From Perkinsus olseni (Eukaryota): 64,000 nt of DNA. The notes beneath the pieces were generated by a model. It had not been told where the DNA came from. It was given only the letters and a program-made list of their open reading frames with translations, and did not search any database. The position numbers and the translations under genes are program-made. Location: NCBI GenBank assembly GCA_013115125.1, contig JABANN010000066.1, positions 1-64,000 on the forward strand, given 5' to 3'. This document shows, in pieces, positions 11,524 through 23,793 of the stretch. Numbering within the stretch: the first letter of the stretch is position 1; every line of letters begins with the position of its first letter.

Positions 11524-12797
11524 ATGATGAACAGCCTGCCTAATGACACCGTCACCACGGTATATTCGAAAGTGATCGATCGGGCGATCAGTAGATTCCA
11601 GAGTGAACTCAGGCGGGAGGACGAGGAGGGCCGGGGCCGAGCCATACGTAAGCGTTGTTGGCCCTTAGTCGTTTGAGGTGACCTTCTCTACAGGTGCTGA
11701 TGTGCTCGGAGCCATCAAATCGCGGTGGATGCATCTCACACAGGAGTGCTACAAGAATGCAGGGAAGCTGCCCGCTGGTCTTAAGCGGCCGATGAGTGCT
11801 GGGTAATAGGACGCGGGCTGAGCTTTCTATACACGTCTTGGTAGGAGTCTTGTGGATCCTGTTCTACAGTGGAGCCAAGCCGTTATGCAAATCACTTCCT
11901 TTGAAACGACGCCCTCGTTTCGAAGAGTTCCTCAAAAGCCTTAGAGAGACGTACTGATAATAATATCATAGCTGCATGAATGATCATAAGAAAGTATGAT
12001 GCAATGTAGAATCGTACTATCCTGATTACCCCATGTTGTGGGGCTGATGGGCTCTTGGCAACGGGAGATGATCGTCCACTGGGAAGGATGCGCTCTCCTC
12101 ACAGCATGTCTATCAGGGTCGAGAATGGAGCAGAAGACGTGAAGAGACCGCGGATAGATCTCGAGGAGGCTGGGAAGGACGGCCAAGGCGGGGACGGGTC
12201 CGATGATGACGAAGATGACTTCGCCGACGAGTTTGATGATGCCGAGTTCGTCCATGCGACCGCGGCTGGCCAGAAGGCTTCAGCGGAAGAGCGTCAGCGA
12301 GCGGCTGCAGCCGAGGCTAGGGAGCACGAAAGGGAGGAGAGGCAGAAAGAGCTCGAACGGAAAGAGGTGACCGAGTGATCAAACTACTCCCTTGGGAGTT
12401 AATCTTGGCTCTTGCCTGTATAGTTCGAGGCGTGGTCTAAGATTGAGGGAGAGTTGATAGACGAGGAGAGGCTACTGGCGGAGGAAGATGCTTCCTGGAG
12501 ACATGTACGGGCTGTTCATGTGCATGTGTGCATACCAACTTTTTCGCAAAGATACCGATTCTGTGGTAGGTTCCAGATCCCGAAAAATGCCCAGTGAAAA
12601 TCTACGCCAATGTTGAGGTCACTGAAATGGGCTCCAATAAGCGGAGCAAGTGGAGCGTTTCGGCTGATCGAATACTCGTGGCTTCGGCAAGAGGAGAGTG
12701 GCTGGCGTCTAGTATGGAGGTGAGTTCAATGAGCCTCTACTTTACGAGGGAGATCTTCTGTGATGTTGACCGTATTGGAATACAGATAGTTACATAA
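11524..12797 (+). CDS. Probable TFIIA large (alpha/beta) subunit, divergent, multi-exon
   Basis: N-terminal NDTVTTVYSKVIDRAISRF...DVLGAIKSRW resembles the TFIIA-alpha helices; acidic central linker; C-terminal KIYANVEV...NKRSKWSVSADRILVASARGEWLASS resembles the TFIIA-beta strands. Confidence 0.55.
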
Positions 12798-12837
12798 GAG
12801 ATGAGAAGGGTTCTTTCTGGGACCTTTCATTCCGTAT

Positions 12838-13035
12838 CGTGGACGGGCTCGCTGTGATTCTTGAGGTCTTCTTCTTTCAGGGGTCCTTCCTTCATTTGGG
12901 AGCAGAGACTGCCGAGTGATGATGACGTTTCCTTGACACGATTGTTGAGATGAGTTTACCTGTCAATGGGGGCCACTACGCTGAGGTGCTTCTGCGGTAC
13001 CTGGAGTGGCTCTTGACGTAACTTAACCTGCGGGG
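12838..13035 (+). pseudogene. Decayed partial copy of the 5' region of the hypothetical gene at ~16.1 kb
   Basis: Aligns by eye with 16063-16260 (shared GTTGAGATGAGTTTACCTGTCAATG, TGGGAGCAGAG, CTGAGGTGCTTCT); contains in-frame stops. Confidence 0.6.
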
Positions 13036-14245
13036 TTTTTTGTGTAGAGCTAACATGTTGCGCGTAGCGTAGAAAACTGAGGCGTTCGGGAGTTGATCCT
13101 CACGCGTGCGATAATGCACACAACGGTTACGTCGACTGATTCGGGTGTCGCGTTCATGTGGCCAACGGACATTGTACTTGTGTTTCGCTTAGATTAGTGG
13201 CCTCCTGCCACGTCTCTTTTTCGAACCCGCCCTCTACCACCCGGCGAGAGCTTTCAATCGGTGTGCTGTACAACTCTCTACTCGTTTGCTCCACAAATTT
13301 ATGAGAGTTGAGCCCTTTCCATGTCGGCAATGCCGACGGGGCATCCGGTATTATACAGGCAGTATCTGCCCTGAGCATTGCCCTCCACAGAGAGCCCTTC
13401 CGAAAGCTTACAGTATGTCGGGAGGTCTGCGAACAGCCGCGTACTCCGCGCACTCACACGTGCACTTTACGACTGTTGAGTGTTGGAAAAACACCCGCAC
13501 GGAGTTATGATCCTCCTAATTTAGGAGTCCTAAAGCGGTGAGCCTTTTGGCAAGCTCGAATGTGCTGAGAAAGAAAGTGGTGGTTATAAGAGTAACGTCA
13601 CCTAAGGGCTGGCATTACACTTCAAATTCATTGTGTTTTACCAGGCGGGAAAGAGCCCGCCGGGACATGCGGAGGACCCTGAAGACCCACCGCCGCCGAG
13701 CCTTGCTGCCCTTCCTTGGGTGAGTCACTGGGTGAGCCACTGTGGCTTGAATCTGGGTCCCGGCCCTGGCAGTGCCGCCCTGCTCGGGTACGTTGACAGA
13801 GTCTCCGGCCTGGCAGCGAGGGCTGTTCGGGTTCCTCGCTTGGCTCCTTACACCGTAGCAATAATTATGGCCGGCGTCCCGCCAGCCAGCATCCACCTGC
13901 TATGAAGGGCGGCGAAGCATGCTACGCCAAACGTTCCATAGTGCTGTGCCGAATAATCCAGTTTTTTTACTCATTCATTTTACACGCATACGTTGTACTC
14001 CTTGTCGCACTTAGCGTTGCATGTAATCCCATGACATATTGCCCATGGTAGCGCACGCCTTGCTAAGACGAGACGCCGAGACTGGCTCTTTTTACATGGA
14101 AATTGCATTCCATTATGCTTTTGCTCCTCTTGTCTAAGAGCTACTACACCCCCTACTGACTTCCGAGTTCCCAAGTCGTCACAGTGCGCTACGCTGCAAA
14201 CGCTCCGATGTCGAACGGTCGAAGAGGCCGTGGAATCCACAGTCC

Positions 14246-14485
14246 TTGCGGCGATTCCTGGAGATGTGCGGCTATTATAGAAAATCCATAAAAGGGTACT
14301 CTCCGATTGCTTATCCGCTTACCGATCTTCTGAAGGGTGGACAACGATTCAGTTGGGGAAATCCGTACCTCGAACTAGTTCAGGCGTTGCTGGACGAATC
14401 AGTTCTCACGAGCCCGGATTGGTCGCATCCTTCCGAGTTGGAAGTGGATGCTTTCAGAGAGGACATCAGGGGAATACTCTCCTAG
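14246..14485 (+). mobile_element. Ty3/gypsy LTR-retrotransposon pol relic (RT C-terminus / RNase H junction)
   Basis: RRFLEMCGYYRKSIKGYSPIAYPLTDLLK...FSWG...LTSPDWSHPSELEVDA matches the conserved gypsy FLGxxxYYRRFIxxFSxIAxPLxxLL...LxxPDxxxPFxLxxDAS stretch; short and degenerate. Confidence 0.88.
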
Positions 14486-16064
14486 CCTGGGAGTTCCAGG
14501 GACTCCGAGGGCGTGTGAAAAGTTACGGAAGCCACCGGTTGACGGAAGGCATATAGTGTGATACTCGCCAGTTTCCTCTTCTCACCAAGACTCGTATTGT
14601 ACTACGGTCCCCGAGGGATCCCTTCGGAAGGACCGTTTTGTTCCGATAACAAGATGAATTCCAAACTCTTGAGGTACTGAGAATTATTAGTCGAAATTCG
14701 ACTTGAAAGTCGTTCCATGATGTGAATCTATCTGAGTGATCTATCAACAGTTGATAATCAATAATTGTACCTTCGAACCCGGTATTAATGGATAAATTGA
14801 ATTCAGTCTGAATTGTTCAGATATGGCCCAGAAGTGGTATTTGCCTCATTATCATCACCACGATCATCATCATCTCCATTGGATAGATATGTGGAATTCA
14901 CGTCTGTGAGAAGATCGTCAAGGATGGTGGAATGTCACGAACACAAGCCTTGAGGGTACAGGCTGTAGAATAAGGTAGATAAGTACGAAGGACAAGAAAG
15001 GCTGGACAGAGGAGAGCTGAGGGACACTAAGCCTAGCTTTGTGCTACTGCGCAAGATCCCCTGCGCAATAGTCTATGGTCTTGATAGTGCAATGGGTCGT
15101 AACTCTGCGTCGCAGAGTCTGCGATACCGTCCAGCGCTTCTGTGCAGGTACGTTGTGTTCCTACTAGTAACAGTAGACTTACTAGGTGTACGGGTTCTGT
15201 GAGACTTCTACTGTCGAACAGTAGCCGTCTACATGTTTACAATCATCATTTCGTACCTTCCTCTGTATCGCGTGTGCCCAAGTGAGAGCGAAGGGTTCGC
15301 GTGGCTTCAGCAAGAGGGCAGTGGTTGCCCGGCAACCACTATGAATTACAGTATATACCATATCGCATGTTACCCTCAGCGAATGTTGTGCCTTAGGAGG
15401 CCGGTTGGCCATTGGCGTTGATCATATTGAGGCAAAAGCTACGGTGTGAAAATTTCACGATGAGGCACGCAATGAGCAAGGAGGATACGCGCAGCTTCGC
15501 GCGCTCTCTTCAATTTGACAACTCCTGTAGAGTATTTCAAATTGCATGGAAAGTGAGATTTATTTTGCGTGACGTGAGTCTTTTAAATTCGCTAAATTAT
15601 CTAAAGTGGATGAAAGCTATTTTAAGATGAAACTCGGTTTCCCATATTCTTTTAAATCGAATGAAAATACATTTTATTTGCTCGGGAAAAGGTGTAGTAT
15701 GGAGGTGAGATCCATGAGCCTTCGTCTACTCTAGGAGGAATATATCCCATTTCTGCGGTGAAACACTTGAACGTACTACAAAAGCAGACGATCCGAGAAG
15801 TGCTGTTTCTGGAAACCTGTCGGCAAAGTGCGGTATCACAACACAAGAGAGTAGGGTAGAGTAGTAAGTGGTTGTTGGAAACCGTGAATTGACCTAAAAA
15901 TGGGATGATAGGAATGCTACGCGAGGAAAGAACATTGAGACTAGCTTGAACCAATCAAGCTAGAGTAGTGTGAGAAGAGACGCGGAATTATGAGAATTCG
16001 CCGAATTCAATTCGGAACTCAATTTGGGATCGGGTTACTGCAGAAGGCCTCTCGCGTAGACTCA

Positions 16065-17801
16065 TGTACGGGATCGCTTTGATTTTGGAGAGCTTCATTT
16101 AGTGGTCCTTCCTCCATCTGGGAGCAGAGGCCGCTGAATGATGACGGTGGTACCTTCAAACTATGGTTGAGATGAGTTTACCTGTCAATGCGGGCCACTG
16201 TGCCACTGAGGTGCTTCTCCGGTGGATGGAATGGCTCTCGATGTATCCGAACGTGCAGAGTTCTGCGGATAAGTTTGACTCGGACCCCGTCGGGCACATC
16301 ATCATGATTTTCCAGCTTGACACGACCCGCGAAAATCGACTCTTTGAACCCTTCCCTCATCACAAGGATTATGAATAGTATTTCCTAGCTCTAGTTTGCT
16401 CTGTCTGAGTCTACATCAGGCCGCGTTCAGAATCTCCACGCCGCTCTGAAGGCTCTGCTGCTTCCTATCCGTTCACTCACAGGAGCAGGGTTCATCACTC
16501 GTATTCGCCAGTCCCTGCCAGACGGCACGGTCGACCGTGTGATTGTCTCGGAAAGGAAGCTGCTCATGGGTGCGGAAGATGATGGCGGGCTCTCATGGGT
16601 CGCCCGAAAGCTCCATTTCCATCGTTCAACTGGTCAGTGATTTTCCACTAGCCAAGTTCTCCGAGATATACCCATATTCAAGTTGGGCAAAGTGAACGTT
16701 GAACGCGATCCTGGGCAGATTTCTGGACCCCTCCTGGTTCTCCAACTTCCCCTTTCTAACATATTTCATGCCCTCCCGCGGCAGTCTCGTGGTCGTCGCT
16801 TCTATCATCGTGGCTAGTGACAGCACTTTGCCGTGGTTCGTGAGACGCTTTAGCTCCCGCAATAAAGAGGCCACGCGGGTCGACGAGCTCAGGAGGCAGG
16901 GGGTAAGTGAGCTTCCATTGTGTTAACCATCTGGGAACTCAAGGCGATGGCTCAAGTGGAATCCTGAAATTCTGTCCGTGTCAAACTTCGCTGACTAAGT
17001 CACCCACTAGCGTCAAGCTTGGCTAGGGTTCCACAGTTGTGGGCTTGCACAACTACACATCGCTCACCTCTCTGGTCGGTCCAGTAGTAATCTTGATTTT
17101 TATGCTACTTTTGCATACTTAATCGATTTACGAGGGAGGAGATGTTTTCTTAGATACATTTCAGTGGAGTGATGTCAGGGTGCAAGATCATGCAGAGAGC
17201 TCCTCTGGAAGATATTGACTTTCGCATAACAATAAGTCCGAGAGGCCACCCTTCTCCCGGCACCGTCTTAGCCACGGCCTTGGACGATACCACCAGGGGC
17301 TATGCTTATAATTTGTGAGTTTGAGAAATCGAGACAACCGCGCCGACAGCTTTATGTTTCGCGATTTCTTTCAGCGATAATAGCTATGGGAGATTTTACG
17401 GAAGGGTGGGGGATGTGGAGATTCGAAGAGGGGACAAGGAAGTGATCTGGGAGGCGCTCAGAAGGGGCGGCTTCTTGCCGTTGGACCATCTTTCACCAAA
17501 GGCTCGTAAGGTTCTGCGAGAAAACGCTCCTCGGAATCGAACTGATTATGTAAGCGAGAAGGGTTGTCGCCGTATCACGGAGGCGATTATCGACGAGCAG
17601 CCGGCCGAGTACGAACAGTTTAAGGGCACTACTGGATGGATACCGTTGTTCCATAGAGATCGTAAATGGGGAATGGAGAAAGAAATGGCGAGGTTGAAGC
17701 AGCTTCAGGAGGACGAAGAGAGGAGGAAGGAGGCCAGAAGGAGCAGAAGACAGAAAACTGGCCTACGGCTGGGGTGGCCGCCCGGGCTGTTTTCAGACTA
17801 G
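16065..17801 (+). CDS. Hypothetical lineage-specific multi-exon gene (5' part possibly decayed)
   Basis: Exon-like blocks bounded by GT/AG (LTRPAKIDSLNPSLITRIMN|SRVQNLHAALKALL; GYAYNF|DNSYGRFYGRVGD) and a 131-aa terminal ORF ending at 17801; no recognisable domain. Confidence 0.45.
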
Positions 17802-18190
17802 ACCATCATCCTCTCTATTCTTTGTTTATTTTTATTATTAATGGTGTTCGTGTTAGCTGATGTTGTGTCAGATAGATGAACGGTTTTGCGTTCCAGTGAG
17901 TCCTAGCGTCCGATGGTATATGAGTTGGCTGGAAATGTGCAATCGTTAACTGCTTAGGAAAATCTGATTTCTTTGTCGGACATGAAACTTGATGGATACA
18001 GGTCTCTAATCCCATCTGGGAATAAAAGAGGGACTGAAGCGATTGGGCCCAGGAGGACGACATGTCCACTGCTCACAACGCTATGACAATTTAGGGCGAG
18101 CGCAACTTTTTATGCGCTGTTACACCCGCGCCCGCCCTGAAGTACGCCGAATCCAAAGAAAAATGATCTTCGTTCGTTCGGCGTGTTTAC

Positions 18191-21100
18191 ATGGCCACTG
18201 CAATCCTTTCATCGCCGTCGGCGGCGGGCCACAGTAGTCGGGCAAAGCGGATGACTCGTTTCCGACTGAAGGACCCGGAGAGCGCGCTCAGAGTTGCCGC
18301 TACACTGGGCGTCTTCCTACTCAGTGTAGGGCAGGCTTATAGGCTCGCCAGGGCGGCAAGGGAAATTAATACGACAACAACGAAGAAGAAGAGGAGCGAA
18401 ACGCAACGGTATTGTCCCTCTACGAGCGAACTTGCCCTTCAACTGCTTCTTCCTAGAACCACTCTGTCGGAGGAAGACACCCCAGGTAAGGCTGGCGAAC
18501 TCATTCTGCCCGACGCTGACCCCAATAGCAGCGGCTTGCTAACCCGCATGTTGGTAAGTTCTCGTCAAGCGGCTTTGATGAGGATGAGTGGCAGGTCCCC
18601 AACTCCATGGTTCAGCGTTTTACGGCGTTGCGTCGGCTACTGGACGCTTCTTGGGACGGTACTGCGGTTTTTGATAAGGTAAGGAGCATCCACCTCCCAG
18701 GCCACAACCATCATCAACAGCAGATAGTCACCTATGGCATCCTCGCTGGTGTACTCGGGACAAGCCTTGGGAAAGTCATAGGTAAGATAGAGTAATCCTA
18801 CAAGTTGTCTCACTTTCTCAAGAAAACATTTTTATATAGATTCTACTAAAATTTAATAGTCGGGCTTCGCTCGGCCGGATGCCGCTTTTGGCCCAGTTAG
18901 ACCTCGCCGAACTACTTAGTGATTATCCGTCCGCTTCGCTCCGCTAACATAATAATGTCATAACGGCTATTCTGTTCTCAAGCAAAGGACATGAGTTTCG
19001 CCCCCTCTTCCCGCGTAGATCGGATACAGGCCGCCTTGTTTAATACCCTGGTGGTGATTGGACTCAGGTCAACTTTACGTGTGGAAGTTAACGTCAACGA
19101 TCGATGCTATCATATTGCGGAAGAAGGATCCACCGCTATACAAACTCCTTTCCTGTGAGTATCTTGTCGCCATTCGTATCTTCCCAGGATCGACCTTAGA
19201 TATGCTGGCAATCGGAATACCTGTCGCCACGTTGCAGTGCTCCAGCGCCTACTTGGCTGGCCAGTTCTCCGTCAGGTTGAAGACGAAACTTGTCAAAAGG
19301 TCCGAATCATCACTCTATCGCAGTCAAAGTACAACCTGCCGTTACTCAGGCTTTTGCGCGAGATTATCTTTTCTTCTCACAACCTTGATGAACCTGTCTC
19401 CATGATAGACAAAGATACGCTCGCCCTTATACTCTCGCACATCAATAAGGTGCCATCAACGTCATCTCCTTTTCTACGTCAATTGCCCTTCCGCCTAGGT
19501 CTCGACGACGTTCGTGGAACTCTACTGGACTCGAACAATGAAGGCTGTGGATCTGGTCGTGTATGCGGGGGCTCTCATGGCACAGCATGGTGAGCAGAAA
19601 CCGAATACCATAACTTTGGTAACTCTCCAAATTCTAGACCTATCTTTACCTTCACTTCTACTCTTGTGAAATGAGTTTCAGCATGATTATGAGTATAATA
19701 AGCACTGCGACTTCTCCACTTCACGTGATCAACAGACTAAATACTGCCCACCTCCTGATGACGCGTAAGTGTCTGTCCGCGCAGGTCCATGGCCGGTGTT
19801 GGTGATGCTGCTCTATCTCTTCTCCACATTAAAAATAACCACAGAGCTCCAAGCTACTCGACAGGAGATGCTCATGGTGCACACAACTCGCTATCGTCCG
19901 TCAGTACCATCACTCGCAGGAATCAGCCCATCTCGAATCAACGGTAAACGAGGCCTTAACCCGAGCTGTGCGGCATCGCGAGAGTATATCGGCCTGGCAA
20001 GGGCGGGGCTACTTAGAGACAAAGCAAATATCCGCCCAACTGGTAACAGCATCCTGCCGGAGTCCTGTGCAACCTCCTCTCTTCACAGGATCTGTTGCAG
20101 CGTTCCAAATCCTCGCGTGCCTGGTTCGACCTGTTGCTTGGGTTCATGTCAACCCTTGGCAGCAAGTACATAGGTAAGCGTATCGCGAATTGTTTTCGGT
20201 TTTCAGTCAGCTCGGTGTTCAGGCACGGCCCTCGGGTTTTGGCTCACCTCCTATCCCTACATAGCCTCTCGTAATAGGAGATTCGCTCATATGTCGACGC
20301 GCCCTTCGGAGGTGGTGAAGACTGGAATGATTTTGTTTCGAGTGATCGATCTTTAGGATTACTTTGGGATAATATCTTACTTCTGGACGGCCAGGATTAT
20401 GATGAATTTATGTAGGTTAACCTATGGCTATCACGCATACTCCTAAGATTCCCCCGTTTTTCAAGTTATTCGCGATTTTCTTCTCATATTCATCGACCAT
20501 CTTCACAGGTACGGCCTTCGTTCAGTTTATGGATGACCGAGCGTCTCAGGAGGCTGGGGATAAGCTTTACGCCAAGGTGAGCATCGGGCCCGCATCTGCG
20601 TGTTGTGCTGCTGGTTCGTGCCACTTCTCGAGGCTTCGTTGAAGCAGATACATAAACTACACCAGCTGCTGGTCACTGCTCCGAGTACTCTACCCAAAGC
20701 CCATCGCAAATTCAAGGTTCGTATGACCAACGTCAGCTTAAAAGGCGTCACCGTAAGTGGATTCCGCTGGGATAACATCATCGTAGCTGTGTAGATTCAA
20801 AGCCCCTCTGGCCCTATACTTGTCCAGTCGCTCACCCTCGACCTCAATCCGGGATGCTGCATCGCTCTGTCGGGGCCTGGTACTATCAGTAAATTTATGA
20901 TACTTTCCTGTGTATAACCTCTCAGGCGGCAGCGGTAAATCGGCGCTCCTTCGCACACTCAACGGAACTTGGCCGATTTGTAAGTGACTAATAAATCAGT
21001 GAATCTCAACGGTCATTGAGGCAGGCGTTGGGGAGCTGGCCCGTCCAAAGCACGGTGTTATGCTGGTGCCACAGAAGCTGTATATGCTGAGAGAATCCAG

Positions 21101-22095
21101 CGCAAAGCAGCAGATCGCGTAGGCTATGGGTGCTCACTTCACCGACTCTGATACGCCTACGCTTCAGGAGAAGCTCGTGTCTTGGGCGATGATTTGGAGT
21201 TCGTGGTGGTCGAGTACCGCTGGAATCTTTCAGGTATCCAGATGGCCCTCCCGAGAGCTCAGCGGACGAGGACAGAGTCGCCCAATGCATGAGAATATGT
21301 GAGAAGTCTTCAACGTTCCCACATCGAGTTTTTGGTATCAGGTGAGCTCGACAGATTGTCCGGTCGCCATACGTTATCAGAGGCGGAACAGGAGAGGGTA
21401 GTCTTGGCCCGTCTCCTATACCACAAGCCAAAGTTCGCCCTTATTGACGACTGCCTGCGATGTAAGGATTCTGGGGGAAGCGTTCGTCTAATTTGACAGT
21501 GGAACACGCGAGTTGAATGCAACACAAGACGGTGGAAGACAAACATAGAATAACTGGTACTATGGTCAGTTCCAGTGAGGAGCTCGGCTTCTTCTATATT
21601 GATATCACCATTTAGGAAGAGGGACGATGAGGCTATCTCTTCGGAGTGGCCGTGCATCGATAATACTTACTTGATACTGTACTGCACTTCAGGAGGGGAA
21701 AATGCTTGAATGCTCATCTCCTGAGTCACTGTTCATGTGCTTCGACTCTGCGGATATTATGAAAATCATGTTTCATCTTTCGTAGGGACAACAGTAGATA
21801 ACAGTGTTCTTCCCATCAAGGTACCGACCCCAAACTAGTAGGCGAGGTGGTCTCCATACTACGACAAGACGCTGGCTGCGGCATTGTTATCGTTTGCCCT
21901 AAGCCCGACAAGGTGAACTCTAGTTTTCCGTCGTCGCCCATCATCTGCGGTCCTGCTCAGGTCGAGGCCCTCTCTCGTTACATACACTTTGATGGGATAC
22001 TCTCTCTCGATAACAAGACCACGCCGCCTCGGCACAGCTACAGCGCCTGCAGCGCTGTTCCCGTACCACTGGCTGACGTCAAGGCGAAGACTTGA
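18191..22095 (+). CDS. ABCD-family (peroxisomal-type) ABC half-transporter, multi-exon
   Basis: Hydrophobic TMD exons, spliced Walker A LSGP|GGSGKSALLRTLNGTWP, and ABCD-typical LARLLYHKPKFALIDDC. Confidence 0.85.
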
Positions 22096-22818
22096 ACTCA
22101 TCAATTCTGCTGATTTCGTTCCATTCTTTTCAACATTAGTGTAATTTTTCATGACTTTATGCAAGTTTCGATTACTGGGGGACTCCCTTTCTCAGTTGCG
22201 TTGTGAAAGTTGTTCAGCTAGCAACACTGGTCGAATGTGGACGCCGCGTAACGACATTAATTCATCTGCGGTGATCTCCTAGCGAGAAATCGGCGGGTAA
22301 AAGATTACTCTATGTGGGCCGTTGATGGCCGTGGGTGCACTCACTTTGGGACGAAATGAGGAGTGCGCGATCTGGGACAAGACGTTGTTTTATGATTGAT
22401 TCACCGTGGCTCGACGGATCTCAGACTCCAGGGCTCGAATAGAGTCGCATTCCGAGCATTCCGAGGTCGTGATTCTCAACAGCATCGCCGACTTAATGGA
22501 CCTTGTGCTTTACGCGTTTTAGAATAGAATGCGGATAGTGAGTTCTTCTGAGAGAACTTCTTGCAATTCTGGTATATACAAATTGTGCTGAAACCAGACG
22601 TGAAACTAAATAGGGATGATGCTCAGATAATAACACAGCTGATGGTGACACCGTGAAGAACATGTTAAGACATCGTACTTGATAACTATTGAATTACAAC
22701 ATGAAAAGAAGTTAATACCGAAAATGGCAGCCTGCAGGAATCCAGTAGGGAGACCACTTCACTGTATGATAATCAGCGTATAATCTGCCACGCCATGGCT
22801 TCTACTCTAAAATTAGAT

Positions 22819-23793
22819 TCAGCTCGATTCGGCCGGCGGGGTTCGATGCATGTAGATGAGGGTATACTTTTGCCGAGAACCTTCTATAACCAGTTTGTCA
22901 TTTTCGCACAGGTAAACCGTATACTCCGACTGTGTCGTTTTTCCTGGTCGCACGAGCTTGAAAACACCGGGATGATGGGCCGGGACTAGCAGCGCATTCA
23001 ATAGAAACAAGGACCCGTCTCTAACCTGCAAAGTGACGTAAGCCCTTCGCTGACCATCACTTTCGGTTTCGACCCGCATCTCAGCGGGCCCTTCACCAGA
23101 CTTATCCGCGTAGAATCCATCGTTGATCTTTTTGTACTCGGTCACTTTCATCTTTTTCCTCGGCGGTTGGACGCCATCGTCTGCGGAGCAGTATCGTCTG
23201 CGAGCAGACTCAGCTCCCTTCCTATTTACTTCGACGCTATCTCCGGCTGCTTCAGGCTCGAGATCCACCGGCAAGTTGAGGTACTGGTAGTATGGGGTTG
23301 TTGGCCGCCGGACAGCGTCCAAATATAACGTCAAAGCTGGCTTTTCCTTGGTAGAATTATTTTTTGTGCATAAGAGAATTCTCCTACAGCTCGTGCCTTC
23401 TCGCATGTCATTTTTCCCAGCGAGAAATTTGAGTATCTTTCGGGTGGTATGAAAATAATAGCATTTGGAAACGTCATGTTGGTCCTTCAATCTCCGCATG
23501 TTGCTTGTCAGTTCACAAATCCGCTGCTTAAATCTCGTGGTGCCATTTCGGTCACTGAAGCTGAGATCTGCCCAGCTACTATCCGAGTAATGGTTTATCT
23601 CAACACGAAACGACTCTAGCCCACCAACTTCGGGTGGCATCGAGAGGGCCGTGTACGTGCCGGAGGGGATATCATTTGGCGAGATGGCGCCACGCTCACG
23701 CCAATTCTCAGCAACAGAACCGAATGAGGTGGCCGAGAGTAGACCGAGCAGTAGAAGGGCTCTCCTCACAGTGCAGCGATGGGCGTCGGGCAT
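22819..23793 (-). CDS. Secreted lineage-specific hypothetical protein, intronless
   Basis: 324-aa ORF with signal peptide (RRALLLLGLLSATSFG); two segments starting IPSGTY / INDGFY; basic PPRKKMK motif in the linker. Confidence 0.7.
   Translation of the reverse strand: MPDAHRCTVRRALLLLGLLSATSFGSVAENWRERGAISPNDIPSGTYTALSMPPEVGGLESFRVEINHYSDSSWADLSFSDRNGTTRFKQRICELTSNMRRLKDQHDVSKCYYFHTTRKILKFLAGKNDMREGTSCRRILLCTKNNSTKEKPALTLYLDAVRRPTTPYYQYLNLPVDLEPEAAGDSVEVNRKGAESARRRYCSADDGVQPPRKKMKVTEYKKINDGFYADKSGEGPAEMRVETESDGQRRAYVTLQVRDGSLFLLNALLVPAHHPGVFKLVRPGKTTQSEYTVYLCENDKLVIEGSRQKYTLIYMHRTPPAESS

Noticed and set aside
16926-16956. Spliced-leader relic (CCATCTGG...TGGCTCAAG)
   Set aside because: Interrupted partial match, not upstream of a start codon.
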